A stretch of 64,000 bases of DNA from a virus. The first letter of the stretch is position 1; each line of letters opens with the position of its first letter. The translations under genes and the position numbers were made by a program. The notes below the pieces were generated by a model. It searched no databases and was not told the DNA's origin. It worked only from the letters and a program-made list of their open reading frames with translations. The stretch is from positions 4,461 through 68,460 of the IMG/VR virus record IMGVR_UViG_3300037493_002420; one strand, written 5' to 3'. This document shows positions 60,013 to 64,000 of this stretch, piece after piece.

Positions 60013-61137
60013 ATGGAAATTAAAACTATAATTAGAGGAGAACAAGAATTGTTCAAAATGGAAGAAGCTAAAGCTTTGCCTTTACCTTTACAGAGATACA
60101 AGTTTTATAAAGGAGACCTGTATCCGTTTAATGTTATCAACAAGAAAGAAACTGATACAAATATTTATTGGTCTCTTACTATAAAAACACCAAGATTTGA
60201 AAACAATAGATTATTTTATCTATCTAAAAATAAATCAGGTGTCACTTTTGATAAAGCTAAAAAGACTATTAAGATTTGGTTTGGCCACAATATCACTACA
60301 TTAGAACATGATATTATGCCAGATATTATTAAAACTTTTCAATTAGATTGGTTCAGTAATATGTCAAATTCATTAAAGACACTCTTAAATAATACAATGC
60401 TTCAAAATTGTATTAAAGGTAAGATTACTAATCCTAGAGATTATGTTAAAGCTTATCTTAAGACTAGTCCTTATAAGAATTTAGATATATCCGTTGAATT
60501 ATTTTATAAGACTTTTAGTGATACCCGTATAGGTTCACCAAAATCTTACAAAAAGACAATTCTTTATAGTGTTAATCCTAATGAAAGTTTAGAGTACATA
60601 GGAAGAACTTTTAATCAGAGTAGTATTAATTCAACTATTTATGACTTATTTAATCAAGCTGAATTACTTGATAGAAAAGTAAATATCAAATGGTCAGAAT
60701 CTAGAATGAAGGAAATACATAAAGAATGGACTAGAGAATTAATGAGTATTGCTATTAATTCAATTGAACCTGTTGAATATAATTATCCGGAACTTGAAAC
60801 ACCTGAAGGTATTAGCTTAATTACAAATAATATTGAATTATTTGAAGAAGGTACAATAATGGACCATTGTGTTTATACTAATTATGAATATAAAGTAAGA
60901 TCTAAAAATTATTTTGTATTTAGGTATAATAGGAATGATGTTAGAGCTACAGTTGGTGTAACACAAGCCGTAGATAAAATAGAAATAAATCAGATGTATT
61001 CTATTAGAAATACTCCAGTTGACCAAGAACATAAAGATTATGTTTCAACATGGTTAAATTCTGAGTATACTAGAAATTGGTTTACAGCTGATAATGAAAA
61101 AGTAGTTTTAATTGACACTAATACTGATTGGTTATGA
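60013..61137 (+). CDS. PcfJ-like domain protein
   Basis: C-terminal ELFEEGTIMDHCVYT.Y..RATV..QMY..RN motif. Confidence 0.7.
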   Translation: MEIKTIIRGEQELFKMEEAKALPLPLQRYKFYKGDLYPFNVINKKETDTNIYWSLTIKTPRFENNRLFYLSKNKSGVTFDKAKKTIKIWFGHNITTLEHDIMPDIIKTFQLDWFSNMSNSLKTLLNNTMLQNCIKGKITNPRDYVKAYLKTSPYKNLDISVELFYKTFSDTRIGSPKSYKKTILYSVNPNESLEYIGRTFNQSSINSTIYDLFNQAELLDRKVNIKWSESRMKEIHKEWTRELMSIAINSIEPVEYNYPELETPEGISLITNNIELFEEGTIMDHCVYTNYEYKVRSKNYFVFRYNRNDVRATVGVTQAVDKIEINQMYSIRNTPVDQEHKDYVSTWLNSEYTRNWFTADNEKVVLIDTNTDWL

Positions 61138-61415
61138 TGTTTGAAGATTTAAAATTTGAAAAAGATGATTTAAATGGTATTGCAGCTTTTCATTTATTCC
61201 CTAATCACTATGGTGTATCTGTAGTAAAGAATCCGTATTCTTATGGAGGTAGGGAAGGAAAGTATGAACTTGCTATATTAGTAATGAAACCGAGTGATGA
61301 ATATTCTGAATTATGTTATGATGCTTCTATTGCTAATGATATTATAGGACATTTAAGTGAACAAGCAGTCACTGATATCATGCAACAAGTTAGTAAATTA
61401 CCAACAAGAGAATAA
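61128..61415 (+). CDS. Conserved phage hypothetical protein
   Basis: FPNHYGVSVV..SYGG..GKYELA..DIIGHL motif. Confidence 0.7.
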   Translation: MVMMFEDLKFEKDDLNGIAAFHLFPNHYGVSVVKNPYSYGGREGKYELAILVMKPSDEYSELCYDASIANDIIGHLSEQAVTDIMQQVSKLPTRE

Positions 61416-61534
61416 ATACTAATGGCTAATATATGTAGAGTACATACTTTACATATATTAGTTACAGTAACTACATTAGAATACGTATATAATATACGTA
61501 CTCTATCTATATTAACAATTTAAAATTAAACGAC

Positions 61535-61963
61535 ATGAAGAATATGTTAGGAAGAGCTATTGAAATAGCAGTAACTGCACATGCAGGACAAGTAGACAAA
61601 GGTGGTAGACCTTATATATTGCACCCTTTATGGGTAATGGATAAAGTAAGACATTTAGGAGATGATTATATGATTGTAGCAATACTTCATGATGTAGTTG
61701 AAGATTCTAGTTGGACTATTGAAGAATTAATAAGATTCGGATTTAATCAAGATACAATGTACGCATTATCTCTTTTAACTCATGTAAAAGGAGTTAGTTA
61801 TGATGATTATATCAAAGCAATATCAACAGATCCAATTGCTAAAGCAGTTAAGTTACGTGATTTAGAACACAATACTAAAGTTACAAGACTTAAAGGATTA
61901 AGAAAGAAAGACTTTGATAGACTTGAAAAGTATCATAGAGCATATACTTACTTATTAGATTAA
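61535..61963 (+). CDS. HD-domain (p)ppGpp hydrolase-like protein (SpoT/Mesh1-type)
   Basis: AH.GQ.DKGG.PYI.HP..AILHDVVED..VKL.D..HN. Confidence 0.85.
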   Translation: MKNMLGRAIEIAVTAHAGQVDKGGRPYILHPLWVMDKVRHLGDDYMIVAILHDVVEDSSWTIEELIRFGFNQDTMYALSLLTHVKGVSYDDYIKAISTDPIAKAVKLRDLEHNTKVTRLKGLRKKDFDRLEKYHRAYTYLLD

Positions 61964-61987
61964 TATTAACTATTAACACATTTAGTC

Positions 61988-62113
61988 ATGGAAGTAATAG
62001 AAATCACAATGCAAGAAATTTGGCAGGCAACAAGACCTGTAATTCAGAAAAACAAAAAGAAATATACACGTAAAACTAAACATTTAAAAACTTTAAAACT
62101 ATGGGAAATATGA
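61988..62113 (+). CDS. 41-aa basic peptide with an ArfA-like motif (not in the ORF track)
   Basis: MEVIEITMQEIWQATRPVIQKNKKKYTRKTKHLKTLKLWEI. Confidence 0.5.
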   Translation: MEVIEITMQEIWQATRPVIQKNKKKYTRKTKHLKTLKLWEI

Positions 62114-63021
62114 GAAATTTATCAGTAAAAGGCTTGTCAATGTCACAAGCACAGTCTATTAGTAATTTATGCAACCAGCGTGCACAGAATATTACTGATC
62201 AGTTAGAAATAATCAACAATGCTAGTAAGACAATTACTATTGACAGCGTTGATTATATGCAGCAGGAAGGAATTAGTATGCCTATTAATGTCATTGACAT
62301 GATATTAGAGAAAGGTAGACTACATGCTACTCAAGCTTTCTTAATGGAAGCAACGAGAAGCAAGTCTTCTGAGCTTGATAGACTGAATAGTTTGAGATAT
62401 AACTATGATGTTGCGGCACCTGAACGTAAGTTTGCTGTAGTTCCTACATTAGCAGAGTCTGTTGATGAAGATTGGGGATGGTCACAACTTACTGACGCTG
62501 AAATGGCTGAATACTTAAGTGAAGAGGCTTACGCTTCTCACATTGGGCAATTCATTCATAAGCGTGGTAAGTTAAGTAAACTACGTGAAGAACTTGTAGG
62601 CTTACCTAGTCTTGAATGGATGACAGTGAAAGATGGAGAAAAGACACCTGTAAAGGTTATTAAACATCATAAATCAGTTGATTTAAATGCTTTGCATGAA
62701 AAATTAGCTGGTTTACACCGTCTTCATGAGCAACGGGTAAATTACTTCAAAGCTAAGGTTAAAAACTTAGTTACTTTGGAGAATGCCTCACGTCATACAG
62801 GTAACGCAAAGCTTATTACTGAGCATAAAGCTGAACAAGATGAGTTTGACTCTCAATATTCTATTGCCTATAGTGCATGGAATACTAAGAGATCAGCTGA
62901 ATCTAGTAAGTTTGAAGCTGAACGTGAAAATCTTATTAAGGAAGTAGCAGGTTTACGTATCAACGTAAATCCTAAATTCCAGGATGTGATTGACATGTTT
63001 ATCACTGCCTCCGAGGATTAA
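62101..63021 (+). CDS. Hypothetical coiled-coil protein, 306 aa
   Basis: Long amphipathic helices; immediately followed by structured non-coding sequence. Confidence 0.75.
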   Translation: MGNMRNLSVKGLSMSQAQSISNLCNQRAQNITDQLEIINNASKTITIDSVDYMQQEGISMPINVIDMILEKGRLHATQAFLMEATRSKSSELDRLNSLRYNYDVAAPERKFAVVPTLAESVDEDWGWSQLTDAEMAEYLSEEAYASHIGQFIHKRGKLSKLREELVGLPSLEWMTVKDGEKTPVKVIKHHKSVDLNALHEKLAGLHRLHEQRVNYFKAKVKNLVTLENASRHTGNAKLITEHKAEQDEFDSQYSIAYSAWNTKRSAESSKFEAERENLIKEVAGLRINVNPKFQDVIDMFITASED

Positions 63022-63072
63022 TAATCTTGGTTGGATAAGAGGGAAGGTACAAACCTGAACTCTTATCCTTTA

Positions 63073-63334
63073 TATTACTAATAGGAACCTTTATGACTCA
63101 GCGCATAGCGCACTTATACTGGTATGTATATTAACTATAAAGAAAGCCATTGGCTACAAACCGCTTCTCTTCACTTTACAAAACTGAGATAGAACTCAAT
63201 CATTAGACAGGTTACTCTATGGAGATAACTGGCTAATACAAGAGGTCTTAGTTTTTGTTCTTGCCTTTGTAGAAGAGAAGGTCTTTGTCATTGCTTTTGC
63301 TTTTAGCATAGTCTATATATTCCTATTAGTAATA
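63073..63334 (+). ncRNA. Candidate 262-nt structured RNA with GYYTTT-like hexamer tracts
   Basis: Perfect 15-bp closing stem TATTACTAATAGGAA/TTCCTATTAGTAATA; nested stems CTTCTCTTC/GAAGAGAAG and AAAACTGAGA/TCTTAGTTTT. Confidence 0.65.
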
Positions 63335-63355
63335 CCCATTTTTTAAATATTAATT

Positions 63356-63607
63356 ATGTCACAATATCATTATAACTATTATCCAAGCTTAACTTTTAGA
63401 GGCCTTTCTGAAGCTTCACTGGAGTGGCTTAAAGAAAAAGAAGAAGCGGATAAGAATATCATTAATAATTCTCAATTCAAATTGAGAGAAATCAGAAATC
63501 ATTTTATTACAAGGAGAAATACACAACCTCCTGCTCAAATAAGTATAAAACAATTTGGTATGGGTGTAGATCCGTATAAATTAAAAAATAGACACTATAA
63601 AAAATAA
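63356..63607 (+). CDS. Hypothetical protein
   Basis: 83-aa ORF with AT-rich leader. Confidence 0.55.
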   Translation: MSQYHYNYYPSLTFRGLSEASLEWLKEKEEADKNIINNSQFKLREIRNHFITRRNTQPPAQISIKQFGMGVDPYKLKNRHYKK

Positions 63608-63613
63608 AAAGTT

Positions 63614-63871
63614 ATGGAAGAATTATTATTTACAATTGCAAAACATATGCCTATAGAGGTATTACTATCTTCTCTTAAGAAAGCTATTATTAAACATGAA
63701 GATACACCTACAGAAGATACATTAGATGAAGTTAGTAAGTTTACTATATTATATGTCACTAAAATGAAAATAGGTGAGAATTCTGTAGAAGATACAGTAC
63801 AATCATTTAAGGCTATGGATGAGGCTATGGAGATAGGTAAAAGAATTACCGGCCAAGATAAAACCTCTTAA
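63614..63871 (+). CDS. Hypothetical protein
   Basis: 85-aa ORF. Confidence 0.6.
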   Translation: MEELLFTIAKHMPIEVLLSSLKKAIIKHEDTPTEDTLDEVSKFTILYVTKMKIGENSVEDTVQSFKAMDEAMEIGKRITGQDKTS

Positions 63872-63883
63872 AACTTAAAAGAT

Positions 63884-64000
63884 ATGATTGTTGCACATTT
63901 GATTGAAGAAATCCAGAATTTGGTAATACAAATAGACCAAAGAGAAATGGATGAAGAAAAAGTAGCTCAACTATATGAAGCTACAGAAGAAGAATTAATA
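63884..64000 (+). CDS. Hypothetical protein, truncated by the window end
   Basis: MIVAHLIEEIQNLVIQIDQRE.. open to the end. Confidence 0.5.
   Translation, partial: MIVAHLIEEIQNLVIQIDQREMDEEKVAQLYEATEEELI

Noticed and set aside
1-64000. Stop-codon reassignment (seen in some crAss-like phages)
   Set aside because: Genes are full-length and tightly packed under the standard code; both TAG and TGA act as real stops

Overview
AT-rich segment of a crAss-like (Crassvirales-type) podophage genome, probably infecting a Bacteroidota host (inferred from gene order and from TAnnTTTG promoter elements). Bases 1-53.7 kb are a minus-strand late module containing TerL, portal, scaffold, major capsid protein, tail ring and stabilisation proteins, Cys-rich virion proteins, fibre-like proteins, lysis genes, large cargo/ejection proteins and two free-standing homing endonucleases. 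The strand switches at about 54 kb. The plus-strand early region starts with an array of 11 copies of a TCATCTTnnnACTA motif, almost all directly behind a terminator and in front of a short gene or a structured RNA. The most striking feature is a roughly 2 kb non-coding RNA island (57.9-60.0 kb). It holds four twister-ribozyme cores supported by compensatory base changes, three of which carry a large conserved two-helix domain inserted into loop L4. It also holds a 144-nt tRNA-shaped RNA ending in CCA and several long closed stems. A second candidate protein-plus-RNA module lies at 62.1-63.3 kb. All assignments come from reading motifs by eye; no database search or folding program was run.
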